This document shows positions 24,625 through 38,520 of a DNA stretch of 64,000 bases, piece after piece (the stretch's first letter is position 1; every line of letters begins with the position of its first letter). The notes under the pieces were generated by a model. It was not told the DNA's origin, searched no databases, and worked only from the letters and a program-made list of their open reading frames with translations. This DNA is from Chiloscyllium plagiosum (taxonomy: Eukaryota), in contig NW_025215376.1 of the NCBI RefSeq assembly GCF_004010195.1, positions 62,001-126,000 on the forward strand. Reading direction: 5' to 3'. The translations under genes were made by a program, and so were the position numbers.

Positions 24625-25247
24625 AACTGTGACTTGGAAGAAGTTCTGAGATTTACACATCAATCACTCGAAACCTGCATCCCCATTCTCAGTGATTCAA
24701 GTGGGCGGCACGGTGGCTCAGTGGTTAGCACTGCTGCCTCACAGCGCCAGAGACCCGGGTTCAATTCCCGCCTCAGGCAACTGACTGTGTGGAATTTGCA
24801 CATTCTCCCCGTGTCTGCGTGGGTTTCCTCCGGGTGCTCCGGTTTCCTCCCACAGTCCAACGATGTGCAGGTTAGGTGAATTGGCCATGGGAAATTGCCC
24901 GTAGTGTTAGGTAAGGGGTAAATGTAGGGGTATGGGTGGGTTGTGCTTCGGCGGATCGGTGTGGACTTGTTGGGCCGAAGGGCCTGTTTCCACACTGTAA
25001 AGTAATCTAATCTAATCTAAAGAATTACCGGCAACCTAGGTTTGTTCAAAGCATCGCATCAGTCGTATTACACTTTGATCTTTTGCTATAAAGTCTGTGT
25101 CCTATGATCCTGCCCCACCAATGACCTGATGAAGGAGCAGTACTCTGAAAGCTTGTATTTCCAAATAAACCTGTTGCACTGTACCTGGTGTTGTGTAATT
25201 TTTAACTTTGTCTACCCCATGTCAAATACCAGCACCGTCACATCATG
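24625..25247 (+). mobile_element. Penelope-type 3' end/pLTR interrupted by a SINE
   Basis: Same cctgatgaaggagcag...gaaagc...ccaaataaacctgttg...tgttgtgtaattttt tail as 46062-46146. Confidence 0.6.
24702..25020 (+). mobile_element. HE1-type SINE (young-looking)
   Basis: Nearly identical to 53270-53584. Confidence 0.93.
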
Positions 25248-25875
25248 TGGACCATCATGTAGGTGCTTTCAGCAGGACAGTCAGGATGGAGTTATAACTA
25301 GACTGAAGGATGTTACTATTGGTGATAATGCTAGTCATCAATTTTTTTTCCCTTCCCTCCTGTCGCTTTATCTACTGCACTTGAGTTACAGTTCCTAAAC
25401 CATTGTCCTGCATGTTTTAAATCAGATATTCAAACCATATGAAAGATGATGCCTCAATGATGCCAGAGGTATAGATATTTTCTTATGATTGTATCGTGAT
25501 CAGTTTCATCTTCATCTGATACTAAAGACTTTCATGAATTCCCACCAATAATCTGCACAGATTAATGCATGGGATAATAAATGGCATATTACATATCACC
25601 TGCACAAGTGACAGATCATTACCATCTTCAACCAGTGAGAATTTTAACAACTCCAATTGGTGTTTATCGAAATTAGAGTCAAAACATTTCGCGCTCGCTC
25701 CCCAAAGGCTGACAAGTTTCCGATCATGTGTGAGATGTTTGCTGGATACATTTTCACTCACCTAAATGGTCCCAGGTTAAATCGAAAATCCAAGCATACT
25801 GACTTGCATCAAGGCATATGCTTCATCAGCGCCCATTATAACACATACATTACACGGTTCCACCAGCACTGGCAC

Positions 25876-26173
25876 AGATTAGATTAGATTAGATTCCCTA
25901 CAGCGTGGAAACGGGCCCTTCAGCCCACACCGACCCTCCGAAGAAGTAAGCCACCCAGACCCATTTCCCTCTGACTAATGCACCTAATACTATGGGTAAT
26001 TTTAGCATGGCCAATTAACCTGGCCTGCACATCTTTGGACTGTGGGAGGAAACCCACGCAGACACAAAGAGAATGTGCAATCTCCACACACACAGCCACC
26101 CAAGGCTGGAATCAAACCTGGGACCCGGGTGCTGTGAGGTAGCAGTGCTGACCACTGAGCCACCGTGTCGCCC
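25876..26173 (-). mobile_element. HE1-type SINE
   Basis: Same consensus. Confidence 0.88.
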
Positions 26174-26778
26174 CATGTGTGCTGCTATCATATGATGGGC
26201 TCCATTAGTCACCAAGGCTCCATTGATGGCACATTTCAAGTGAGCAACACTTATTGAAAGCAGCCGTACACTGGTAAGAGCACGAGCTATGACATCTGAT
26301 GTCATTCCGAATTGGAAGTGCATTGTTGTCACTAATTCTTTAAGGTGCAGAAGATTCTGGGGATTATGGTACATTAGGACCTCAGGTTCAGTTTTAGCTT
26401 AAAGACAGCTTTGACACCTTTTTGTTACACGAGTAATCTTAGAATGTAATTAAGACATTTGGATGGGGGGGAAGGGTGCTTAGCAAGCATCACTATTCTT
26501 TTATGAGTGACTGTTTTGGATCGGCAATATTTTCCAACTTGAGATAGTATGAGCCTTCATAGCTAGCGCTGTTCCCATGTCCTGTTGTTCCTAGCGGGGG
26601 GGGGGAGGAGGGTGGCGCTTAATTCAAAGGTGCTGTCGAAGGAGATTTGATGAGTTGTGGAGTCCATCTTATAGCAATTGCACACTTCTGCCAATGAGAT
26701 GGGGATTATGCAATTAGCACATTCTATGGAGAGCTGATTAATCATCTCTTCTTCTGGCTGGTGCCACATTACTTACGT

Positions 26779-26915
26779 AGGCAAAAGTGAGGACTGCAGA
26801 TGCTGGAAACCAGAGTTTAGATCAGAGTGGTGCTGGAAAAGCACAGCAGGTCAGGCAGCATCTGAGGAGCAGGAAAATTGACATTTCGGGCAAAAGCCCC
26901 CCATCAGGAATGGCC
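26779..26915 (-). mobile_element. Penelope-derived mini-element
   Basis: Same family. The minus strand reads cctgatggggggcttttgcccgaaatgtc (mutated core). Confidence 0.65.
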
Positions 26916-28605
26916 TACGTTATTTATGTGCCTAATGGAGACTTCTTGAGCATACATCTGACATGTGGTTAACACATGGTGTCAAGCTTTTGAGGAGTCA
27001 CTGCAAAATTGCACAATTTTTGTCCCATTAATCACCGTCGGAGTTGTTAAGGCTCCCCCGGTTAAAGATTGTAATCATCTGGCACTCATGTGGGAGGAAT
27101 ACAACATGACGTTTACTGTCCCATTAGTAAAATGTTTCCTGTCTTACTACTGGAAGGGTATTGGCATTAAAGAAAGGTGAAGCTGATCACTGTGCAATCA
27201 TAAGGGCACATCTGGCCTAGTAGAGGAATGGTCTTTCATGCAGCTGCTGAGCATGGCTAGTTAACCACCGTGATGCTGGACGGTGGTTAAGGAACTGTCA
27301 AAGAAGGGAAAATAAAGCCACAGCTGAAATTATTACTGACTGGTCCACTTATGATTCCCTCCTGGCTTTCGAGTTTAAAAAATCTGCTTTATGATCATCA
27401 TGAGTACAACTACAACACAGGCATCTCCATGCTGATATGAAGGAAATAAATTTTCCCCAAAGTTTTTAGCCACTAGTTTTCGTTGCTTTATGTTTAAGTG
27501 TTTAAAGTCTATTTACAATGTTGATTCAGAAAGTAATGTCTTACAGCATGCAGTCGCAATATTTTCAAATGTTAACTTGAAATATGGATGGCAATTTTTC
27601 TAAATGCACATTATTTCAATTACAATTAACACATTTAGCAGGAAAACTGCTCATGTAAGTCCAATTCATTAGCAGCTTTGTGAAGGCCACGTAGCGCATC
27701 TGCAAAAAGCTACAGAGAAGGAGTTTGGCAATATCAGGAGATAAAGCGAGGGAATTTGTGAGAATTGCTGGTTACTCAAGGGAAATAGGTGAAACTTAAT
27801 TCATGTGTGGAGAGCTGGACATTTGGTATGCGCTTCTAAAAGGAAGCAAAATGAAGGAAGAGAAAGAGATGTGCGCCAAAGAAATTATTTGTCCTGTCTA
27901 TGCAGGGCCACGCAATAGTATTTATAAGTACTTGGAAAATCATTAGCATTGATTGTATTACAAGACTCCTTTCCTGTCACTGTTTATGTACAACGGTGAT
28001 GACTCAGGGGGAGAAATGTTGCACACATTTCTGTATGGAAAATTTCACCTTCAGTGCACATATGAAAACATTTGGTCCAGCCCGACACTCAAGTTTGGTT
28101 GGATTTCTCAGCCTTCAATTCAAGTTTCTTCCCAGAGCTTCACTAAACCTGAGCTTAGGGATTTGGAACTTTCAAGAAATTAACTTCTTTCTGCACTTTC
28201 TTTCTCCTTTACTACCAAACCTGGGAATCATGGTTTTGTTCAAGGACGTAAATCTCTAACAGTTTCTCATAGTAGCCATTCCTTTAGGTTTACCTGTGTA
28301 AGTGTTAGTAGGATCACAGTTCACGATACCACATTACATCTTCACACATTCCAACATCTTACCGAACAGTAAGTTCTGGTTTGATGTTTCCAGTTGAACT
28401 TTAATAAGTTCTCTGAATTCTGTTACTGCATTGACAGAGAAAGATTGGAATCCCTCATCAGACAGGGACGACCAGAGGTACTTTAACCTGGGAGTCACCG
28501 CAGGCTGGACACGCAGGAACTGCATGATGATTTTGACCTTGAACTCGTGCCGCAGGCTGTTACTTTAAATGAGATAAGCAGCCACCTAAACGAGTGCGAG
28601 AACTG

Positions 28606-28907
28606 TGGGCGGCACGGTGGCACAGTGGTTAGCACTGCTGCCTCACAGCTCCAGAGCCCCGGGTTCAACTCCCGCCTCAGGCGACTCTCTGTGTGGAGTT
28701 TGCACATTCTCCCCGTGTCTGCGTGGATTTCCTCCAGGTGCTCCGGTTTCCTCCCACAATCTGAAAATGTGCAGGTCAGGTGAATTGGCCATGCTAAATT
28801 GCCCGTAATGTTATGTGAAGGGGTAACTTTAGGAGTATGGGTCTGGGTGGTATACGCTTCGACTTGTTGGGCCGAAGGGCCTGTTTCCACACTGTAAGTA
28901 ATCTAAC
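28606..28907 (+). mobile_element. HE1-type SINE
   Basis: Same consensus. Confidence 0.9.
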
Positions 28908-29184
28908 TGACCTTGGACCATTGCACTTTTTGTCGGAAAATGATATTCAACACCGAGACACTGTTGAAAAAAAGAACAAGCTGCCAACTAGTATATTTGA
29001 GAGCTTTGGGGAACACTAGGATAAAATATAGTGAGGAGAAACTACTTTTGTAAAAACACTGCTTACTTTACTAAGTTCAAATTTGTTTACTCTTCCGTGT
29101 GAATTTATTCAGTAAAAAATTATGATTGAGGTATTTGTTTTTTCCCCCTTTCCTGTGATTGACATCAGTGAGGCAACTCAATTC

Positions 29185-31948
29185 GAAGGAATGAAATTAA
29201 ATCAATAGTGGGAAACGAAATAGGGCCAGGTGATGTAGAATCTGTGTGGGTAGAGTTGAGCAACCAAAAAGGTAAAAAGAAAACCATAGCTGGCATGATG
29301 TACAAGCCTCTAAACTGGAGTCAGGAGCTGGGGCGCAATGTACACCAGGAGATAGAAAATATGTGTAGGAAAGGCAAAGTTCCAGTGGTCGTGGGAGATT
29401 TCAATATGCAGGCGGAGTGGGAAAATTAGGTTGGCAGTGGATTTCAAGAAAAGGAATTTGAGGAATGTCTGTGAGATGGCTTTTTGGAGCAGTTTATGGT
29501 GGAGCCCACAAGGGAAATGGCAGTATTGGATTTTGTGCTGTGCAAAGAGGCAGACTTGATAAGGGAGCTTAAAGTGAAGGAACCTTGAGGGGGCAGTGAT
29601 CATAAAATGATTGCATTTACTTTGCAATTTGAGAGGGAGAAGATAGAATCAGAGGTAACAGAACTACCCCTGAATAAAGGCAACTACAGAGGCATGAGGG
29701 AGGAGCTGACAACATCGAGGGCCAAAGGGCCTGTACTGCGCTGTATTGTTCTATGTTCTATGTTCTATGTAACAGAACTACCCCTGAATAAAGGCAACTA
29801 CAGAGGCATGAGGGAGGAGCTGAGTAGAATTGATTGGGAGAGGAGCCCAGCAGGAAAGGTGGTGGAGCAACAAGGGCAGGAGTTTCTGGGAGTAATTCAG
29901 GAGGCACTGCAGGATTCATCCTGAGGAAAAAGAAGCGTGGTACAGGGAGGATGAGGCAACAGTGGCTGACCTGGGAAGTCAGGGACAGCATAAAAGTGAA
30001 AGAGAAAGCATATAATGTGGTCAAGGGCAGTGAGAAACCAGAGGATTGGGAAGCTTACAAAGACTAATAGGGCCATCAAAAAAAAAGATATAAGGAGGGA
30101 GAAGATTAAATATGAGGGTAAGCTCGCCAGTGATATAAAAGAAGACTGTAAATTTTTCTTTAGATATATAAAGGGCAAAGCAGAGGCAAAAAATGGACAT
30201 TGGGCTTGGGAAAATGACACCAGAGAGATAGTAGTGGGGAACAAGAAAACAGCTGTGGAACTGAATAATTACTTCAAGAGAGTCTTCACATTGGAAGACG
30301 TGAGTAATATTCCAAAATGTCAAGAGAATGGGAGGGCAGAGCTGAGTATGGTGGCCATTACCAAAGAGAAGGGGCTAGAAAAACTGAATGGCCTGAAGGT
30401 GAATAAATAACCTGGACCAGATGGACCACACCCCAGAGTTGTAAGGGAGAGAGCTGAAGAGATAGTGGCGGCGTTAGTGGTGATCTTTCAGGAATCTCTG
30501 GAATCAAGGAGGGTCCCAGAGGACTGGAAAATTGCTAATGTGACACCCCTGTTTAAAAAGGGAGTAAGGGAAAAGCAGAAAATTACAGAATGATTAGCCT
30601 AACCTCGATTGTGGGTAAGATCCTGAAATCCATTGTAAAGGATAAGAATTCTGATTACTTGGAAGTGCGTGGTAAAATAGGGCAAAGTCAGCACGGTTTC
30701 ATCAAGGGGAGGTCATGCCTGACTAATCCACTAGAATTCTTTGTGGAAGAAATGAGCAGGTTAGACCAAGGAGAGCCAATGGGCATTATGAAGGCCCTTG
30801 ACAAGTGCTGTTCATGAAGCTACTGAGAAAGATAAGGTCCCATGGTGTTCGAGGCAAGGTACTAGTGTGGATAGAAAACTGGCTGTCTGGTATAAAGCAG
30901 AGAGTGGCAATAAAGGGTCCTTCTCAGGATGGCAGCCAGTGACGTTGTGTTCTGCAAGGCTCTGTTTCGGACCATATTTTTCACTTTACACATTAACAAT
31001 ATAGATGAAGGAACTGAGGGCTTTCTGGCTACATTTGCAGACGATACAAAGATATGTAGAGGGACATGTAGTATTGAAGAGGTGGAAAGGCTGCAGAAGG
31101 ATTTTGACAGATTAGGAGAATGGGCAAAGAAGTGGCAGATGGAGTACAACATGGGAAAGTGTGAGATCATGTACTTTGATAGGAAGAATAGTGGTGTGGA
31201 CTATTTTCTGAAAGGGGAGATCATTGAGAAGTCTGAAGTGCAAAGAGACTTGAGAGTTCTAGTCCAGGATTCTGTCAAGGCAAACTTGCAAGTTGAGTCA
31301 ATAGTTAAGAAGGCAAATGCAATGATGGCATTCATTTTGAGATGACTTGAATATAAAAACAGGGATGTTCTTCTGAGGCTCTATAAGGCTCCAGTCAGAC
31401 CACATTTGGGATAGTGTGCGCAGTTTTAGGTCCCATATACCTGGAAGGATTACTGGCCCCGGAGTGTGTTCAGAGGAGGTTCACAAGAATGGTACCAGGA
31501 ATGAAAAGCTTAACATGTGAGGAATATGTGAGGACTCTGGGTTTATATTGGATGGAGTTTAAAGGATGAGGGACGATCTAATTGAATAATACAGAATACC
31601 GAACGGCCTGGACAAAGTAGATGTTGGGAAAATGATTCTATTGGTAGGAGAGACTAGGACCAGAAGGCATAGCCTTAGAGTAGAGGGCAGATCTTTTAGA
31701 ACGGAGATAAGGCGAAACCTCTTCAGCCAGAGAGTGATGAATCTATGGAATTCACTGCCACACAAGGCTGTGGAAGCCATGTCATTGAGTATATTTAAAA
31801 CTGAGATGGACAGGTTCTTGAGTATCAAGGGGATCAAGAGTTATGGGGAGAAAGCAGAAGAATGGGGTTGAGAAACTTATCAGTCATGATTGAATGCTAG
31901 ACGAGACTCCATGGGCTGAATGGCCTAATTTCTACTCCTATGTCTTAT
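29185..31948 (+). mobile_element. Near full-length but decayed CR1 ORF2 (endonuclease plus RT) and 3' UTR
   Basis: VESVWVEL, VVGDFN, ISLTSIVGK, SQHGFIKGRSC and FADDTK motifs, with many stops and frameshifts. Confidence 0.93.
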
Positions 31949-32122
31949 GGTCTTCTGGTGAGGTTAAGATGAAAGCATTTCATTCCACAATTGCTGAACA
32001 TGAATAGTGCAGATATAATGCTAGAAAATGGCATTCCTGAGGGGTTCGGTAGTGTATATATAGACTCCATCAGCTTATTGTTCTGTAATTGCTGAAAGCT
32101 TATCACTTGTGACCAACTACTT

Positions 32123-32192
32123 AGGCATGAATCACTATCTGGTCTGGTGCATGCAATCTCCTCTCCAATTCTTGATGCTGTACGTCTCCCAC
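32123..32192 (+). pseudogene. Orphan inverted degenerate copy of GPCR exon 1 (RHESLSGLVHAISSPILDAVRLP)
   Basis: ATG changed to AGG; donor reads C|gcaatt. It is followed by an inverted copy of the intron-proximal sequence (32200-34400). No plus-strand exon 2 was seen. Confidence 0.82.
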
Positions 32193-32736
32193 GCAATTTT
32201 CAGTGTTGAGAGCTGTATAAAGCTACGAAGTCCTATTTTAATGTACTTGCTGCATGCCTGCTCTATAATCCACCTGGGTTAATATGTGAACAAATTCGTC
32301 ACATAATCTTTTGTAACTATTAAGTGGCTAAACAAGCATTATTTATTTTCTTTATTGAATATGCTTTGTTAATTTGTAAAAGCTTGCTTCAGTGAATAAC
32401 ATTTTGTTCGGTCGTCTTCCATAACATATATATCAATCATAGATAAATGATAATTCGGTTGAGCAGTGTTTCAAAGTCCATTTGAATATTTATATGACAT
32501 GCTTTCAATTTCCAAACAATGCTGGTTGTGTTCACAGCTTCATGCAGAGAAGTGAGAAATATTGCACTCAGAACATTCTCCCTGTCTTGGCGAGTGATTG
32601 TGATGCATCACTGCCCTGCATTCCACTCTCATGCGTTAATGGTGTCTCTTATATAAACAGAATTTGCAATTAATCCAAAATAACACTGTGCCTATAATTT
32701 CTTTCTGCACTTTACACTGGCACACTAGATTTATAG

Positions 32737-32942
32737 TCAAGATGAGAGTGGTGCTGGAAAAGCACAGCAGGTCCGAGATGCAGGAAAGTCGACGTTTCAG
32801 GCAAAAGCCTTTTAAACATCGATTTTCCTGCTCCTCGGATGCTGCCTGACCTGCTGTGCTTTTCCAGCACCACTCTATGCTTTTCCAGCACCACTCTAAT
32901 CTTGACTCTAATCTCCAGCATCTGCAGTACCCACTGCTGCCT
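32737..32942. mobile_element. Penelope-derived mini-element (inverted pair)
   Basis: Same family, with a 15-bp TSD acactagatttatag / acattagatttatag. Confidence 0.68.
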
Positions 32943-33181
32943 ACATTAGATTTATAGGTCAATTGTGATTTTTAAAATTTTACTTTAAAAATTTCCTTTA
33001 ATTGATAGGAGTCACAATACCTATTTTTGTTCTCCCCTGTTCTGCTCCTGTACTTTCTATCAGTTGTCTAGTTTTCATTCTCTGTCACTCAATATTGAAA
33101 CCATTTTTATCTCTCTTCTACTTTCTTGTAAAGCATAAAGTCATATTTAGTGCTGTTGAAGATAAACAAGTTAGTTACACC

Positions 33182-33836
33182 TGTTCTGGACTCAGTCAGA
33201 CCACTCAAAACATTCTTAAGCAGGCGGCCCTAAACCATAACTTTGCAATTTGTTTCAGTAAGTGTACAGTGAAATTACCCAGAGTATGTTAGCCAAGTTG
33301 ACTACTAGATTTTAAAAGAGACAAAAATTTATTCACAAAATTACACAATGAAATACAAAAAACAGAATAAAGAACTCCTACAGAACTCAGTCTATCCAAA
33401 CTAGATTTAATTATGCTGTTCCGAATATAGACAATCCCAACAAGCAAATTCCCTTTAAAAAACAGTATAAATGGAATACATGCTTACAGGTTGAAGTTGA
33501 AGGGCAAAAACAGAGAGAGAGAGAGAGAGCTTCCACACAGCTCACTGTTGAACTCCTCACCTGTTCAAGACTGAACTAAACTGCTCAGCTCAACTAGAGA
33601 ACTGACAACTCCCCTTTCTTTATAAAGGTCACTTCTAAAACAGGCCACTTTGGCCTGAAGTCATCTGTTTACATAGATACAAAAGGCCTCTAAAAATCCT
33701 TTTCAACTCTGTACCAAACCAGACTGATTGGAGCCCGGTCTAGTTTATTACCCCTCTGCAGAAACAAAATCAAAGACAAAGTATCTTTGAGCCAAGGAAC
33801 AGCTTTTAGCGATAAAAAGGGGCGAGCTTTGTGACA
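33182..33836 (-). mobile_element. Solo LTR (Gypsy type)
   Basis: TG...CA termini and a perfect 4-bp TSD CACC (33178-33181 and 33837-33840). Its minus-strand 3' end (aatgttttgagtggtctgactgagtccagaaca) resembles the LTR ends at 21121 and 49453. Confidence 0.8.
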
Positions 33837-35487
33837 CACCATATTACAAATGAAAGAATAGGTCACATAGAGTATTTCAAACTGTGGTTCTACCTTTCTC
33901 CCTCTTATATTTTCATGCAAATAATGATTACATATCTTATGGTAAAGAAATGTTAAATGATTAAATTGGCTGGGAATGTAATAATACTTCACTCAACTGA
34001 AGGTTAATGATTTCATTTTGGGAGTTAGAAGAATATTAGGTCCTGAAGCAAAGCAGGTGAGCCATCAAATTAGAGGGTAAGAAAGGAGCATTCGTTGCAC
34101 AGCTCCAGTCTTCCTCACCTCTGACCCAGAAAATCCCTTCGTATTCCATCAGCTCCACTACGCATCTGAACAGGGTGGCTAAAGGTATCCAGAATGTGTC
34201 CGATTCCTCGTTCATTCCATCAGTTTCCCTGAGGAGTGAGTTTGCTACCCTTGAAAATTGTTACCATGATAACTCAAAGTGTAAAGTTTCGAATCTCACC
34301 GAACGAGTTGTACAATTGATGATGTTAATTGCGATTTTGAGGATTTGCATAAGGTTAAGAATATTGCAAAATGAACAGAAAAAGGATCACCTCCAAACTT
34401 CTTCTCCAGTCTTTCTCCCATCATCTCCTGCATGTCCTGTGCAACAGCGGGAAGGGAAAGATGGAGAGGAGGATGTGTAGTGGTGACATTGTTGGACATC
34501 GAGATCCAAACACCTTCCCCCGTCCCCCCAACTACTGATTTGTAAGCATCGTTCAAATATAAACATGGTTTTTAAAGTGTGATATTATTCATCATAAAAA
34601 TCATGTCAGCATCAGTTATTCACTGCTTTTGGGTAAGATTTATATTGGCATTGGTAGTAGCAAAAGCAAAATTGATTTCATTCTCGAGTCTACCTGTGCT
34701 TCACAAACTACATTTGGTCCATAGGTGTCAACTTTAACATAACTTAAGTCTCATTACTTAAAACAAAAGGAATGATAACGTCCTGGACATTGCATCTTTG
34801 TTGTGCACTTGGAAACTCTGAAAGTTATTTGGTTTAATTACTATTTGAAAGTGCACACCTCTAAAGGCTTCCGGTCAGTTCTGAGCAAAAAATACTATGT
34901 AGATACATTTTATTCAAGCTACCCCTGTATGACGCACATCTGACTTAGATGGGACTCAAATGCAAGCTTTCATAGCTAGCGCTCTTCCCAAGTGAGAAGA
35001 GGTGTTGTTGACAGGACTGGACAAGTTGTGCAGTCCACCTTGTAGAAGGTGCACACTTCTGACCCCTGATGCCAGTGGTAATGAAGCGTACAGCTTTGTG
35101 CTGGATGATGCCATGTTACTTGAGTGTCTTTCGATCATTCAGGCCAGTGGAGACTTCTCTAGCACACATATCAATCTGTTTGCCAGCTTGTGACAAAGCT
35201 TTGGGAAAGCCAGCACAAAATGGTTCAATTCTAATCCCATGAAACAACAATTGGAGGTGGTAAAATCCTCTCTGGTTGAAGGTGGAAATCCCCTTGCACT
35301 CGTACAGAGTGGATACAATGTGTTATATACAACCTTTGCTTTGGAATATTTCCTGAATACTAATGCAACGCAATGAAAATTTTTAGTATCAAACTAGGAA
35401 GAAATTGATCACGATACAATCATAAGAAATCATTGATACTCCTATTTTCAGAGGGATTGTATTTCATACAACTTTCACACATGAACG

Positions 35488-35810
35488 GGAGGCGGTGACC
35501 CAGTGGTATTATCACTAGACTTTTAATCCAGACACCGAGGTAGTGTTCCAGGGACCCAGGTTCAAATCCTACCATGGCACATCTGGAATTAAGAATCTAA
35601 TGTCTGCTACAAATCCATTTTCGATATTTGGAAAAACCTATCTGGTTCACTAACGTCCTTTAGAGAAGGGAGCTGCCATCCTTACCTGGTGTGGCCTCCA
35701 TGTGACTCCAGACCCACGACAAAGTGGTTGACTCTCTGGGCAATTAGGGATGGGCAATAAATGTTACCTAGCCAGTGACGCCCTCATCCTGTTATGAAGA
35801 AAATAAAAAA
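35488..35810 (+). mobile_element. Second tRNA-derived SINE family
   Basis: Box A-like tgacccagtgg and box B-like ggttcaaatcc, an unrelated body and an A-rich tail. Confidence 0.6.
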
Positions 35811-36134
35811 GCTGCTGAATATGTTTAGGTGTCGGACATCGTCGTGCCATGCAATGGTTGAAGAACAGCAACTTGAGTGCATGAAAAAAATTTGATCAGT
35901 GAGGAAAAACAAACATTATTATCAACTGCAACTTTCCTGGTCTCTTTATGACTGCTTGTCGAAATGTACCCTTGTGCTTTTTTTTAAAAAAATCGTCATG
36001 TATACAGCTGAAACAGCCATTCCACACGACCACCACCCAAGCTGACACCCAGGAATTAAATTTTGCCAAAATCTTTGATTTGATTATTGTCACATGCATT
36101 TTGTTGTAAAATACAGTGAAGAGTAGTGTATATA

Positions 36135-36418
36135 TTAGATTCCCTACAGTGTGGAAATAGGCCCTTCAGCCCAACAAGTCCACACCGACCCTCTGAAGAG
36201 TAACCCAGCCAAAGCCATTTCCCTCTGACTAATGAACCAAACACTACGGGCAATTTAGCATGGCCAATTCACCTGACCTGCACGTCCTTGGACTGTGGGA
36301 GGAAACCCGCTCAGTTACAGGGATAATGTGCAAACTCCATACCGATAGTCGTCCCGAGGCTAGAATTGAACCCACGTCCCTGGCGCTGGGAGGCAACGGT
36401 GCTAACCACTCAGCCAGC
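36135..36418 (-). mobile_element. HE1-type SINE
   Basis: Same consensus. Confidence 0.85.
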
Positions 36419-36991
36419 CTGGATTGCGTCCCTACTCTCAGGCGCTGTCTTACAGCGCAGGGAAAGAACTCTAAACATTGTCTAGTAAGGCAGAGAGATA
36501 AGGATGTAGAGAAATGGTGTTCAACTATACATCGTTCTTGCTCAGCATGTAGCTGTGGGCCAAGGGCTTGTTGGCTAGCCAAGTGTCCTATTCACTGTAT
36601 GCCATCATTGGAAAAAGAGTTGGCACTCTTTGGTGCCATTTTGCCTGTAAAGATGCCCCCGCTGTTCTGAGTCCTTGCTGGATCTTGCCAACGTTGCCAC
36701 CTGCGAAGCCGCCATTAGCGCACTGACCGAAACCTGACTCCTCCACAGCCATGAACCCAACCTCGATGCAGCCACTGCCGGTGACGCTGGGTCACGTACT
36801 GGGCACAAACCCCCACTCTGCCGCCACCTTCATGAATCTGCATTGGATGTGTTGCCGCAAGCACCCGGAACTCACCTCTGCCACAGCAGCCATGATTTGG
36901 CACCAGCACCACCACGTCAATGCAGAAGCTGCCGGGGACCCAAACTCGCACCCAAGGCTGGCCCATTGAGTTCACGCTGAGCCAACTTGAA

Positions 36992-37250
36992 GATTAGAAT
37001 CCCTACAGTATGGGAACAGGTCCAACAAGTCCACACCGACCCTCCAAAGAGTAAACCACCCAGATCCATTCCCTTGCCCTATATTTACCCCTGACTAATG
37101 CACGATGGGATAATTTAGCATGGCCAATTTACCTAACCAGCACATTCTTGGATTGAGGGATAATGTGCAAACTCCACACAGACAGTCACCCGAGACGGGA
37201 ATTGAACCACTGTGAGCCAGCAGTGCTAACCACTGAGCCACCGTGCTACC
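36992..37250 (-). mobile_element. HE1-type SINE
   Basis: Same consensus with internal deletions. Confidence 0.82.
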
Positions 37251-37819
37251 CGTGTCTGCACTGGACTCATTCGCCACCATCAATGCCATCACTATGATCG
37301 AGTTCTTCACAAGAAGCAAGGGGGAAGCAAAGGAAAATGAAATGAGAAAAGGGACAAACTGAAATGAAACAGAGTGGACGAGCCCCAGGCTCAGAGTCCC
37401 ACTCTACCGCCATCTTAGCGGATTTTACCCTCATTGCTTAACTTTTAAGTGTGTGAAAGTAAACGTCTGTTGTCAGTATTGAGTCAGAAAGAGTCTTGTT
37501 GTTTCATGTATTTACTGTACAGTCGAATGTTAGCTTGTTATAACTGTATATTAGTTCCACCCTCTTAAATGGTCGTTAGTTCAATCACAATGAACAGACT
37601 TAAGTGAAAAACTAAACATGACAGTCAAATTCAATAGAATTTTCCCATCGATGCTCAAGATCATGTAGTTTATCTGTCATTATCTACAGTGAAGGAATTT
37701 GGCAACATTAGGAGAGAAAGTGAGGGATTTTATGCCCATTACTTGCTCCTCAAGTGAACTCAGCAAAACTGAACTTATACTGTGTTGGAAGAGTTGAACA
37801 TTGGACCTGTGATAGAGTC

Positions 37820-38520
37820 TCAATCATACAATCAAGCAACACGGAATCAGACACTTTGGTCTAACCTTTCCATGCCGACCATAATCCCAAACTTAATTAA
37901 CCCCATCTGCCTGCGTCTGGCCTCTATACGTCCAACACTTCTCACCATGTACTTGCCTAAATGTCTTTTAACCTTGTAACTGTAGGGCATCCAGCACTTC
38001 CTCCCTGAGTAAAACATTGCCCCTCATGACTTTTTAATTTTTATTCCTACTCTCACCTGAAAAATATAACCCCTAGCCTTGACATCACCCACCCTCGGGA
38101 AAATGCACCCGTCGTTCACCTTATCTATACCCATCATTATTTCACAAATCTCTATAAGGTTACCTCTCTACCTCCTATGGTCCAGTAAAAATAATGTCCC
38201 AACCTATCCAGCGTCTCCTTCTAGCTCAAATCTTACATTCCCGGCAACAGCCTGGGAAACCCCTTTTAAAGCCTCTCTAACTTAATGATATCATTCCTAT
38301 AACAGAACGGGACGCAATAGTCAAGAAGAGGCCTCAGCAATGTCTTGTAAAACCTCAACATAACGTCCCAACTCCAACACGCAAATGTCTAAGCAATGAC
38401 AGCAAGTGCGCTAAATGCCTTCTGAATCACCTTGCGTATATATCTGATACAAACTTCAAAGAATTATGTATCTAAACCTCGAGGTCTCTCTGTTCTACAA
38501 CACTGCACAAGGACCTACCT
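37820..38520 (-). mobile_element. Old CR1 3' fragment
   Basis: VVEQRDLEV and a CR1-like 3' UTR. Confidence 0.7.

Noticed and set aside
24702..24775. tRNA-like sequence
   Set aside because: SINE head with A and B boxes, not a tRNA gene; no complete cloverleaf.
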